NCBI GenBank assembly: GCA_002269645.1
Contig: NIVC01000150.1
Location: forward strand, 620,001-684,000
Source: Macrostomum lignano
Lineage: Eukaryota
Direction: 5' to 3'
Length of the DNA: 64,000 nt
Shown: in pieces, positions 35,300-46,658 of the stretch
How positions within the stretch are numbered: the first letter of the stretch is position 1
Layout: every line of letters starts with the position of its first letter
Translations under genes and position numbers: made by a program
The notes under the pieces: model-generated
What the model saw: only the letters and a program-made list of their open reading frames with translations
What the model was told of the DNA's origin: nothing
Databases searched by the model: none

Positions 35300-36339
35300 A
35301 TGTACCAATACGGGACAAAATTTGTAAAAAAGAATTGCTTTTTCATTAAGAAACTCGACCGAAATCTACAATCGCTCAAAAATTCTCACCGGTTTCTTTT
35401 TGTTAAAAAAGTGCATTTTTAACTATGTACTTTTTGGCGTGCAAAAATCCTGTACAAATCATGTTAATGTAATTAATGACCGACTACATTCTGTATAGGA
35501 AAGCTCTGCTTACCATTAATTGCTTTTAACCTGTTCTCATTCTTTATCCGCTAAATATACTACAATGCTCAGGCTTGACGTAATTAAAAAATCAGTAAGC
35601 CAAATTAGGAATAAAAATGACGTCACCGCTTCAATTATTGAGTTCGTGCGTGCTTGCCAGTTAAAAAGGAGGCAAGTTGGTTTAGTTTATTTAATAATTA
35701 GTGGGCAGTTTAATTTAGATAAACATCCAAATCATAATTACATGGTAGTGGTTACTAATGTGAATAGTTATAATACTGGGTGAAGTTTACCGGGGATGGG
35801 CAGACGCAGCAGCAGGGCTGCATCATTGATTACTGATTGGCTTGTTCTCATTGGCTACGGGAAATCAGCGGATTTGAATTTTAAACGATACAGAGTCACA
35901 AGTAGAATTAAAAAAGAATAATATTCGCAACATACTACTACTGTAGTACTTATCAGGCTAAAGGTAGTTTTCAAATCTCTAATTAATTAACAACTGGGAT
36001 AATAGGTAAATTTACCGAGCAAACCAACAGCAATTAAGGTTGGGGATAAAAAAATAGGCAGGGAAATCAACCAGGTAAGCTGAAAGCAAAACGCCAGGTG
36101 AGAGACAATCAATTTCTGCTTCCATCCTAGGGTCGAAACATTTTTGGTGACGTAAATCAGTCAAAATTTAAAGTTAAACCAAGACAGCATATTATCATAC
36201 AGTCAAGTAGGCAATAATAAAAATTCGAAACGCAATATCTACTCTTATGCACCGTGTAGTTACTAACGCGATGTTAATTCGTGCTGAAATTGAAGTCGTT
36301 GAAGAATTTAAAGAAATCTAATTGGCGATTTGGAATATA

Positions 36340-37112
36340 AGGGCACTCACTGGTCAGCTTGGAGTGTTTATGCTGGATAACTCGATAAGGGCACTCACTG
36401 GTCAGTTTGGGGTGTTCAGGCTGGATAAGGGCATTCACTGGTCAGTTTGGGGTGTTCAGGTTGGATAAGGGCATTCACTGGTCAGTTTGGGGTGTTCAGG
36501 TTGGATAAGGGCATTCACTGGTCAGTTTGGGGTGTTCAGGCTGGATAAGGGCACTCGCTGGTCAGTTTGGGGTGTTCAGGTTGGATAAGGGCATTCACTG
36601 GTCAGTTTGGGGTGTTCAAGCTGGATAAGGGCATTCACTGGTCAGTTTGGGGTGTTCAGGTTGGATAAGGGCATTCACTGGTCAGTTTGGGGTGTTCAAG
36701 CTGGATAAGGGCATTCACTGGTCAGTTTGGGGTGTTCAGGTTGGATAAGGGCATTCACTGGTCAGTTTGGGGTGTTCAGGTTGGATAAGGGCATTCACTG
36801 GTCAGTTTGGGGTGTTCAAGCTGGATAAGGGCATTCACTGGTCAGTTTGGGGTGTTCAGGTTGGATAAGGGCACTCACTGGTCAGTTTGGGGTGTTCAGG
36901 CTGGATAAGGGCACTCGCTGGTCAGTTTGGGGTGTTCAGGCTAGATAAGGGCACTCGCTGGTCAGTTTGGGGTGCTCAGGCTGGATAAGGGCACTCGCTG
37001 GTCAGTTTGGGGTGTTCAGGCTGGATAAGGGCACTCGCTGGTCAGTTTGGGGTGCTCAGGCTGGATAAGGGCACTCGCTGGTCAGTTTGGGGTGCTCAGG
37101 CTGGATAAGGAA
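36340..37112. repeat. 40-bp minisatellite, about 19 copies
   Basis: GGATAAGGGCATTCACTGGTCAGTTTGGGGTGTTCAGGTT; period 40 (36423, 36463). Confidence 0.95.
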
Positions 37113-37554
37113 CTGGTTAGTCGGGCAGTGAGGCCGAGAACGTGACACGAGTCTAGCACCTGACCCTACGCGCGTAGATGGCCAACACAGAAATAATAAA
37201 ATAACCATGCAGACACGAAACTGACAGACAATATGAAAAAAGCTTAAAGAAAGCTCATGACTTAAAGAAACAAAGTTTGAAAATAAGAAGCAAGGTTGGG
37301 GACAGTGGAAATTGGCAGGGTGAACAGTTAACTGTGACTGAAATATAACAGTGAATGTCAATCTAACAAGATTTGAGCCTTAAACTCTGATTTGCCTGAA
37401 TTTCGAGTGAGGTGGAGAATTACGAGTAAAAATGGCTGTTTTTATAGAACTTCACTTAATATTAGCTTTAAAAAAATCAATTCGATTAGTTAAAAAACTT
37501 TTGTTTAGAAAAAAATTAAGAAACTAGTACCTGCAATCTAATGAAGGGCAGAGA

Positions 37555-38165
37555 GGGGTGAGGTGTAGAGTGGAATGAGGGGTAGAGGGGCTGAGGGGTA
37601 GAGGGGGTGAGGGGGTGAGGGGTAGAGGGGGTGAGGGGTAGAGGGGGTGAGGGGGTGAGGGGTGAGGGGTGAGGGGTAGAGGGGGTGAGGGGGTGAGGGG
37701 TAGAGGGTAGAGGGGGTGAGGGGTAGAGGGGGATGTGAGGGGTAGAGGGGGTGAGGGGTAGAGGGGATGTGAGGGGTAGAGGGGTGAGGGGGTGAGGGGT
37801 GAGGGGTAGAGGGGTAGAGGGGATGTGAGGGTAGAGGGGGTGAGGGGTAGAGGGGTGAGGGGTAGAGGGGTAGAGGGGTAGAGGGGTGAGGGGTAGAGGG
37901 GTAGAGGGGTAGAGGGGGATGTGAGGGGTAAAGGGGATGTGAGGGGTAGAGGGGATGTGAGGGGTAGAGGGGATGTGAGGGGTAGAGGGGATGTGAGGGG
38001 TAAAGGGGATGTGAGGGGTAGAGGGGATGTGAGGGGTAGAGGGGATGTGAGGGGTAGAGGGGATGTGAGGGGTAGAGGGGATGTGAGGGTAGAGGGGATG
38101 TGAGGGGTAGAGGGGATGTGAGGGGTAGAGGGGATGTGAGGGGTAGAGGGGGCGAGGGGTAGACG
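37555..38165. repeat. G-tract repeat (GAGGGGTA / GAGGGGATGT)n
   Basis: More than 50 runs of 4-5 G on the + strand. Confidence 0.95.
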
Positions 38166-38639
38166 GGGAGAATGAAGGGTGAAGCGACAAGGGACGCAGA
38201 ATTCGGTACACACTATTTAAAGTTTAGCCGCACTGCCATAATGCAAAATTACAAGCAAATAAAGTGTAGCAAAATCTATTTGTAAAAATTAATAGTTCAG
38301 CTACTGTAGCCAGAGTATGCAAGTATGCACGATTCAGTTTGCACAGGAATAAGCATATATTACTCGTATTATTTGGCGAGCCGTACAAGACAAAACTCAG
38401 TGAGCTAGAAAAATATTTAAATTTGCTTCATAACAAAACAAGTTAACAGGTAAATCTATTGGTATTTATCATCCAGATTCTTGCTGAGCACAGAAACCGA
38501 AAGAAGTTTATAACGCAGTAAACAGGTCCCAGCAGAAAATTTTATTGTCATATACAATTTTGTAAGTGCGATTCCTAGAAATAAGTTTAGGTGGGTGACC
38601 TTTCTTAGAAACAAATTCGTGTGTAGAGTCTCATAAACG

Positions 38640-39800
38640 AATTTCAGAGCAACGATTCTTAGAATCGAATTTGAAGCAGCGATTCTTAGAAACGAATTTG
38701 AGCAGCGATTCTTAGAAACGAGTTCGAGCAACGATTCTTAGAAACGAATTTGAGCAGCGATTCTTAGAAACGAGTTCGAGCAACGATTCTTAGAATCGAA
38801 TTTGAAGCAGCGATTCTTAGAAACGAATTCGAAGCAGCAATTCTTAAAATCGAATTTGAAGCAGCGATTCTTAGAGACGAAGTCAAAGGAGCGCTTCTTA
38901 GAAACGAATTTGAGCAGCGATTCTTAGAATCAAATTCGAAGCAGCGATTCTTAGAATCGAATTCGAAGCAGCGATTCTTAGAATCAAATTCGAAGCAGCG
39001 ATTATTAGAATCGAATTCGAAGCAGCGATTATTAGAATCGAATTCGAAGCAGCGATTCTTAGAATCGAATTCGAAGCAGCGATTATTAGAATCAAATTCG
39101 AAGCAGCGATTCTTAGAATCAAATTCGAAGCAGCGATTCTTAGAATCAATTCTGAAGCAGCGATTCTTAGAAACGAATTTGAGCAGCGATTCTTAGAAAC
39201 GAATTTGAGCAGCGATTCTTAGAAACGAATTTGAGCAGCGATTATTAGAATCGAATTCGAAGCAGCGATTATTAGAATCGAATTCGAAGCAGCGATTCTT
39301 AGAATCAATTCTGAAGCAGCGATTCTTAGAAACGAATTTGAGCAGCGATTCTTAGAAACGAATCCGAAGCAGCGATTCTTAGAATCGAATTCGAAGCAGC
39401 GATTCTAATAAATGAAATCGTAGAGGGATACCTAGTAACGAATTCGAAGCAGCGATTCTTATAAATGAAATCGTAGAGGGATACCTAGTAACGAATTCGA
39501 AGCAGCGATTCTAATAAATGAAATCGTAGAGGGATACCTAGTAACGAATTCGAAGCAGCGATTCTTATAAATGAAATCGTATAGGGATACCTAGTAACGA
39601 ATTCGAAGCAGCGATTCTAATAAATGAAATCGTAGAGGGATACCTAGTAACGAATTCGAAGCAGCGATTCTTATAAATGAAATCGTATAGGGATACCTAG
39701 TAACGAATTCGAAGCAGCGATTCTAATAAATGAAATCGTAGAGGGATACCTAGTAACGAATTCGAAGCAGCGATTCTTAGAAACGAGTTTTAGCAGCAAT
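38640..39800. repeat. ~26-27 bp minisatellite grading into a ~59-bp unit, 3' of Pellino
   Basis: GCAGCGATTCTTAGAATCGAATTCGAA; from 39400 the unit gains ATAAATGAAATCGTAGAGGGATACCTAGTAACG. Confidence 0.93.
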
Positions 39801-39990
39801 TCTAAGACGCGAAGTCGAGAGAATAGTCTTTGAACATAGGTTATAAGAGCAATTATTTGAATTGTTCTAATTTAATATAATATTTTCTGCTTTTTCTAAA
39901 AAACTGATTTTTAGAAACAAAACAAACGGGACCCATATTCTTAGAAAGTAGATATAACGAGAGGCTAAATAGTGTGTAATCAACAGGCAG

Positions 39991-42900
39991 TCAAATGTCA
40001 GACTGGAACAGCAGTCTGATTGTGGGCGGAGTAGCCAGCGGTGTTGAGCAGAACGGACACAGCGGCCTGAGCTGGCTGGCCGTGAGTAGCGGCAGCGCAG
40101 ACCAATACTTCACTGTGAGCTCCGAGGCCATATGACCGCACGGGTTAAACGCATAATTTGGCATCCCGTCTCTGTCCAAATAGAGCGCCGCCTCTTCTCC
40201 TAGGCGTAGGGCAATAAAAGCAGATTGTTGCAGACACAGCGGACAGGTTCGCCTGTCCGGCTGCTGCTGTCCGCCGGGCCTGTCCCAGCTGTGCAGGCCG
40301 TGCACGTGGCCGCAGCCGGTGTACACGTACGGCTGCCGATCGTCTGGCATCGAGCCGCCGCCGCCTGCGGCTGAGGCGGGATTCGCTTGCAGGGGCTTCC
40401 GGATCACCAGAGTCTGGTAGCGGACCGGACACAGGATGTGCGTCTGGTTGAGCGATTCAACTCGCGAGCAGAGCTCCAACAGGGTGGGACTGCGCCGCAG
40501 ACCCTCAGCGGAGCGGTACACCAGGCAGACTCCGCACAGGTCGATGACCGTGCCGTCAATCAGCGAGTTGTCAACCGCGTGCAGCACGTCCGAATGCGAC
40601 GGGGTGGCCCGGTGCTCACGCATGGGGTAAAGCCGGCCCTCGATGCTCACCTCGAACCAGGGGCCCGGCTGGCTGCCAGGGCAGTAGCCGCCCACCGGCT
40701 TGTTGATGAGGACGCCGTTGGTTGTCAGGCCGTCAACTTCGTCAGTTGTCACGTTCCAGCGGATAGCGTGCTCACCTGCGCGAGTGGAGGGACAGGGGAC
40801 GAGTGCTGTGAGCCAGTCTGCTTACATTTAGGCATAGCAAATAAGCAAATTTAAGCAAATTTAAAATAGACTAAAAGGCGATCCCTAGAAATGGTATATC
40901 AGGACCGATTCTTTAAAATGCAGCTTCAGAAAGCGATTCTTAGAAATTAGGGTTCCAGAGGGCAATTCTTAGAAATGGGGGTTCCAAAGGGCGATTCTTA
41001 GAAATTTGGCTTTAGAAGGTGATTCTTAGAAATGGGGTTCCACAGGGCGATTTTTAGACATGGGGTTCCAGAAGGCGACTCTTAGAAATGGGGTTTCAGA
41101 GGGCGATTCTTAGAAATGGGGTTCAAGGGGGCGATTCTTAGAAATGGGGTTCAAGGGGGCGATTCTTAGAGATGGGGTTCAAGGGGGCGATTCTTAGAAA
41201 TGGGGTTCTAAAGGGCGATTCTTAGAAATGGGGTTCCAAAGGGCGATTCTTAGAAATGGGGTTCCAAAGGGCGATTCTTAGAAATTTGGCTTTAGAAGGT
41301 GATTCTTAGAAATGGGGTTACACAGGGCGATTTTTAGTCATGGGGTTCCAGAAGGCGACTCTTAGAAATGGGGTTTCAGAGGGCGATTCTTAGAAAAGGG
41401 GTTCCAGAAGGCGATTCTTAGAAATGCGTTTACAGAAGGCGATTCTTAGAAATGCGGCTTTAGAAGGCGATTTTTAGAAATGGGGTCCTAGAGGGTGACT
41501 CTTAAAAATTGGTTGTAAGAAGAAATTAAATTAAGCGAAGATAATTAGAAACGGTCTGGTCACAGGGTGCTTCCGTAACTTTTTTACGCGAGTGGCGTTG
41601 GCAGCATAAAAAAAATTTAATAAAAGCACTAGCAGACTCACCCAGCATGATCCGCTTATTCGAGTCAAATCCCGCCGCAAATATCCTGGGTGTGTAGGGC
41701 GGCGTCCGGTTGACAATGATGCGGCAGGCGTACCGGCTGATGGTGGAGTCTGGGGCAGCTGACTCGCCTGGCGGGGTGGAGTCGCTCACCACCAGGTCAA
41801 TCACTGACTCGGTGGACCGGCCCACCTGCGCGGGGAGAAATTTTCATATTTTTAATACGCATCGGGCATTGACCCAAATGGAAACTTCAATTTCAATTTC
41901 AACATTCTTGAACTACTCAGATCATTGGACAGTCACATCCTTGAGCATATACATCCTATGGCATTAAATAATGATAATATTAATAATAATTGATTACACC
42001 AGCCCTAATGGGCAGATGTACAGCCGACAGATCAGCCGCAGCTGAAGGCTGCGTACGGCTGTTCAGTCCAAGGACTGGGGAGTCGCCACACACGCCCTCA
42101 ATTACCCCAGCTAATGCTGGCACCCATTTTACAGCTGGGTGACTTAAAGCAATGTAGAGCTGAGTGTCTTGCTCAAGGACAAATTGTTCCGAGTGGATCG
42201 GGAATCGAACTACCCAACTTTTTAGTCGCGAGTCTGACGCTCTGACCACTAGACTGCACCCTATGGGCATTTAAGTTCCTTAATATTCACATCCATGGGT
42301 ATTCACATCCATGGGTATTCACATCTATGGGTATTCACATCCGTGGGTATTCACATCCATGGGTATTCACATCTATGGGTATTCACATCCATGGGTATTC
42401 ACATCCATGGGTATTCACATCCTTGGGTATTCACATCCATGGGTATTCACATCCTTAGGTATTCGCATCCATAAGTATTCGCATCCTTAGTATTCACATT
42501 CTTAGGTATTCACATCCTTAAATATTCACATCCATGAGTATTTACATCCGTGGGTATTCACATCCATGGGTATTCACATCCATGGGTATTCACATCCGTG
42601 GGTATTCACATCCATGGGTATTCACATCCATGGGTATTCACATCCATGGGTATTCACATCCATGGGTATTCACATCCATGGGTATTCACATCCATGGGTA
42701 TTCACATCCATGGGTATTCACATCCTTAGGTATTCGCATCCATAAGTATTCGCATCCTTAGTATTCACATTCTTAGGTATTCACATCCTTAAATATTTAC
42801 ATCCGTGGGTATTCACATCCATGGGTATTCACATCCATGGGTATTCACATCCGTGGGTATTCACATCCATGGGTATTCACATCCATGGGTATTCACATCC

Positions 42901-43732
42901 ATGGGTATTCACATCCATGGGTATTCACATCCATTGGTATTCACATCCATTGGTATTCACATCCATGGGTATTCACATCCATAAGTATTCGCATCCTTAG
43001 TATTCACATTCTTAGGTATTCACATCCTTAAATATTCACATCCATGAGTATTTACATCCGTGGGTATTCACATCCTTGGGTATTCACATCCTTGGGTATT
43101 CACATCCTTGGGTATTCACATCCTTGGGTATTCACATCCTTGGGTATTCACATCCTTGGGTATTCACATCCTTGGGTATTCACATCCTTGGGTATTCACA
43201 TCCTTGAACATTGACATGACATCCTAAAACTTAAACCAGCCAACAAGAGCCCAAACACCAGCAATATCATCACCTGGAACATATCGCACTGAGCATCCGG
43301 TTCGTATTCCACAACCACAAAGCCCTGATTCCGGCCAAGCGTATAGGACACAGACGCCTGAGGCCTGCAGCCCTCCAGCTCCTTGATGCTGGTGGCGCGC
43401 CACTGCTTCTTCGTTGGCCGCAACGCGTTGCCGCCATTCGGCCGACGACGAAGCAGCAGACGGGACGTCCGTCGGCCGGCACCGCTGTCGCCTGGCAGAT
43501 GGCCGTTGCAACCGAGCACCACCAGCATGCCATATATGTCGCTCTCTGAGCTGCCGCTGACGCCGCTGCCGGCAGCATTGCCGCTGTGATTGCCGCTGTG
43601 ATTGCCGCCGCTTGGCAGCGGGACTGCTACAGTCGGCTGCTGCTGAGGTGGCTGCTGCTGAGGTGGCGGCGGCGTTGACGGCGGAGGCGATGGCGCCGAT
43701 GCAGATTGAGCCGGGTGCTGAACTGCGCTCAT
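39991..43732 (-). CDS. PELI: E3 ubiquitin ligase Pellino, 3 exons, 475 aa
   Basis: complement(join(39991..40775,41642..41825,43274..43732)); YGMLVVLGCNG, DMFQ|VGRSTE, STISRYACRI, IFAAGFDSNKRIMLGE, DGLTTNGVLI, DGTVIDLCG, CGHVHG, CPLC, FNPCGHM, CPFC. Confidence 0.96.
40925..41510. repeat. ~28-bp minisatellite in Pellino intron 2
   Basis: GGCGATTCTTAGAAATGGGGTTCCAGAA. Confidence 0.92.
41980..42261 (-). mobile_element. tRNA-derived SINE with CORE-like central domain in Pellino intron 1
   Basis: Minus strand: A-box-like CTAGTGGTCAGAG, B-box GTTCGATTCC, then CCTTGAGCAAGACACT...CAGCTGTAAAATGGG (resembles recalled MIR CORE), (ATT)n tail. Confidence 0.82.
42285..43205. repeat. 16-bp minisatellite in Pellino intron 1
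   Basis: GGGTATTCACATCCAT. Confidence 0.96.
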
Positions 43733-45129
43733 TGTTGCGCAGGGCTGAGATGAATCACTTATATTTTATATCCTAGATATAATATATAAGCGGTACGATT
43801 CCAGCTGGCAACACAGCAGATAAGGAGAGTTCAGAAACACTTGATTTTAACAAGTAAATATAAAATAATAAATAATAGCTAAAATGAACTAGTAGACTAT
43901 ATTAATAGTGAAATTTACTAAAAATAAGACTTGAGCTTATAAAAACATTGAAAAAAAGGACTAGTCTATTGATAATGTTGACCTACATGGAGGTACTATT
44001 GATATAAGGGTGAATGCAGTGCTAGAACATATGGGCCTGCCTCTTAGTGCATTGGAGCATATGCCTAACCCTGTCAAATACAAACTATTTACAAAGGTTA
44101 AGGAGTAGAAAAAGCCTAATAGCTACAGAAGAGTCAGGCTTGCAAGGCTTACAATGGTACCTCAAAGTATAATATTCTTAGCCAAGGTGTTTATAGGCCT
44201 ACCTTCCAAGTTAACTCTATTGTTAATGCATTGATAAATGTACATTTAATGACTCTATCTAACTTTTAAACCTACGATTACTATATAATTAAAACTTTCT
44301 AGCATAGTAGGTCTCAGCTATGTCAACAACTGTGCAAGCTATTGCTCTTGCTCAATAAGCCATATACAAGTATAGTAGGCCCTATACATACCAATATGCC
44401 AAATGCTGCATTAGATTCATACTATAGCATTATAGGTACTATCTATAGCACTATCTGATTGCTGCTGCTATCTTCTAAGGTGCTAAGATACTTGCAGCCA
44501 TATTGGCTAGGCTTAGACATGACTATAGTGGACAAGGCAATAAAAATCATACCTATAAAAATAATAGAAGTTGTAAACATAAAAGCAATAGAGGTCAAGG
44601 CCATAGCCATAGATCCTAAGCTAAGTACAACTCTAGAAGTATATTTATCAACAAGTTAAGGTAGAGGATAATAATATATTAATAGTCATAAACCTTCCAG
44701 GTCTTATTAGCTATAGGATAGAGATGCTACCTGCTTAGGCCCCCTATCCTAATAAAAATTAGGAGGAAAACATTATCAAAATATTAGGTATTTGCTATCA
44801 ATAAGTTAAAGTAAGACATAGTGAATCAAGTTTTTTATTTGATAAATTAAATCTTAAATGGCAAGGAGTGTAAGGGCATAATTATATAACTTATAAAAAC
44901 TTATAACTTATATAACTTGCTAAATGATGCCAAAGATAATAAATAAAATAGAAATATGCAATTATGTACATTAGAAGTACACTGGGTAAGAAAACACTAG
45001 GTCTAATCTAAATAAGGTGCCTATTGAGGCACTGTATAGGCCTACCCACTATATGGCTAGTAGGCCTAAGGCTACTAGAATGATAAATTGAAAGAGGCAC
45101 CCAATGAATAAACCATTGGCCTACCCCAT

Positions 45130-45490
45130 CCATAGCATATACATATTAAATTACAGTTCTTAAGAAACTAGTACCATAAGGCTTGACTCAAGGAGCATTA
45201 AGGTATCTACCTTTAGTCTTGTGCTGCAAAATTGTTCAACTACATACTATTATTGCAGTTGCAGTCAGTGTTGATCTATATAGGCTACATCCTGAGCAGA
45301 ACAGCTTCTGTCCCCATTGTAGCATAGTGACATAGATGCAGATTGTGGCTCTTTGGCGAGTCATTAAAAAAGCAAGGATACACCAGTTGATCCAGATTGG
45401 TATCTTCATAGATTTCAAGAAGGCATTCAACTTGGTTATCAGGTCTATGCTCCCAAAGGTACTCCGTGCATATATTATAATGTGCCAGAG
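45130..45490 (+). mobile_element. Heavily mutated RTE reverse-transcriptase remnant
   Basis: QIVALWRVIKKARIHQLIQIGIFIDFKKAFNLV..MLPKVLRAY aligns with QILALRRVIEEARIRQSTLIIVFVDSRKVFDSV..ALPFVLRAY of the 27.6 kb LINE. Confidence 0.8.
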
Positions 45491-45958
45491 TAGTATCCAT
45501 CATCATGGCAATGTACTATGATTTTGCCTTGTGGAATATATTCCTGATATTTAGGAGGGCCTACCCAGTGCCATCACTGCCATTGGCATTAGTGGTATGG
45601 AATTGCAAGAAAAGCTAGCCATGAGATTGTATACATATAAATCTTGCTTGAATACCATTTTCAATGCAAAAATTGAAGAACTACCATTGATGTATATCTA
45701 AAAATTGTAGGCCTACAATATTTTCCACTTTCAATGGAAGCTTTTAAGTTTATATGTATTTTGCATTTTTGGCTCCAAATTTGAACCAATAATGGCAATA
45801 TTGTGCTGATGCATAGCAATAGCTACAAGTCATTTAGATTGGAGAGAGCTCTACATAATTAAATGGTTTCTAGGTACTAAGGCAGTTTTAGCAACTTGCA
45901 CAAAAAACAACCAAAATTTGAATAAAATAATTGCCCTATTTCTCTATTTCTTCTAGCA

Positions 45959-46231
45959 CAGGGCCTTTTTATATTGCTTGTTCTGGTTCCAGAAGTTCCA
46001 GAACCAGAACCAATTTGTGAAGTATAACTTTTTGACTCCATAACTAGAGGGAGATACGTGCTATAAAGTTTTTATTATTGAATGACAATCGCCAAGAAGA
46101 AAGTGAAAGATTGTGCTAAGTTAGGTTGTTAAGGCAGTCAAATATTAACAGAGTTTAATAGTTATACTGCTGTTTTTCTTGGAATTCTGAACCGATTCTG
46201 GTTCTGGAATTGGTAATATGAAAAGGCCCTA
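45959..46231. mobile_element. MITE-like element with (C/T)AGGGCCTTTT termini and GAACCA/TGGTTC subterminal repeats
   Basis: CAGGGCCTTTTTATATT ... AATATGAAAAGGCCCTA; no TSD found; a related end lies near 48015. Confidence 0.55.
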
Positions 46232-46658
46232 CAGTCGGGTAAAGTGTAATAAGTTACCCAGTTTTTTTGGGGAAAACGTTACCTTCAAATTGCGTTCAAA
46301 GAGCGCAATGAAATTGAAAATAATATTGTATTTCGATTTCGTTTGTCCAGTGCAAATTACAATTGCAAGTTAGAAGCTTATAAAATGGGTAAAATAAATC
46401 ACAAGAGCATTTTTATTTTTTCATTGGGTAAGCGTGTGTAAACCCTGGGTAATTGCAGGTAAGTTTTTTGGGGTAATGTCTTACCCAGCAATTAAACACT
46501 CATTTATTAGCCTCATCATCTATATTTTATGAATAATTATTCTATGATTTATGCTGCATAGGCGATAGCAAGTTATTTTCAATTTCACTGCGCTCTTTGA
46601 ATGCAATTTGAAGGTAACGTTTTTGGGTAACTGGGTAACTTTTTACACTTTACCTACA
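46232..46658. mobile_element. Foldback MITE-like element with long imperfect inverted repeats
   Basis: GGTAAAGTGTAATAAGTTACCCAG / CTGGGTAACTTTTTACACTTTACC and AAAACGTTACCTTCAAATTGC...TTGAAAA / TTTTCAA...GCAATTTGAAGGTAACGTTTT. Confidence 0.75.

Noticed and set aside
32121-38213. Repeat ORFs (NVRDLDS, MKVGYGVGWQF, FSIGTF, STPHIP)
   Set aside because: Translations of 3n-length minisatellites, mostly inside introns with good splice sites.
38640-39400. Heat-shock elements in the TTC/GAA-rich array
   Set aside because: TTC-GAA spacing is 3 or 0 nt, not the 2 nt required for nGAAn arrays.
42180-42261. tRNA gene (also the tRNA-like head near 62575-62635)
   Set aside because: No full cloverleaf; runs directly into SINE body sequence.
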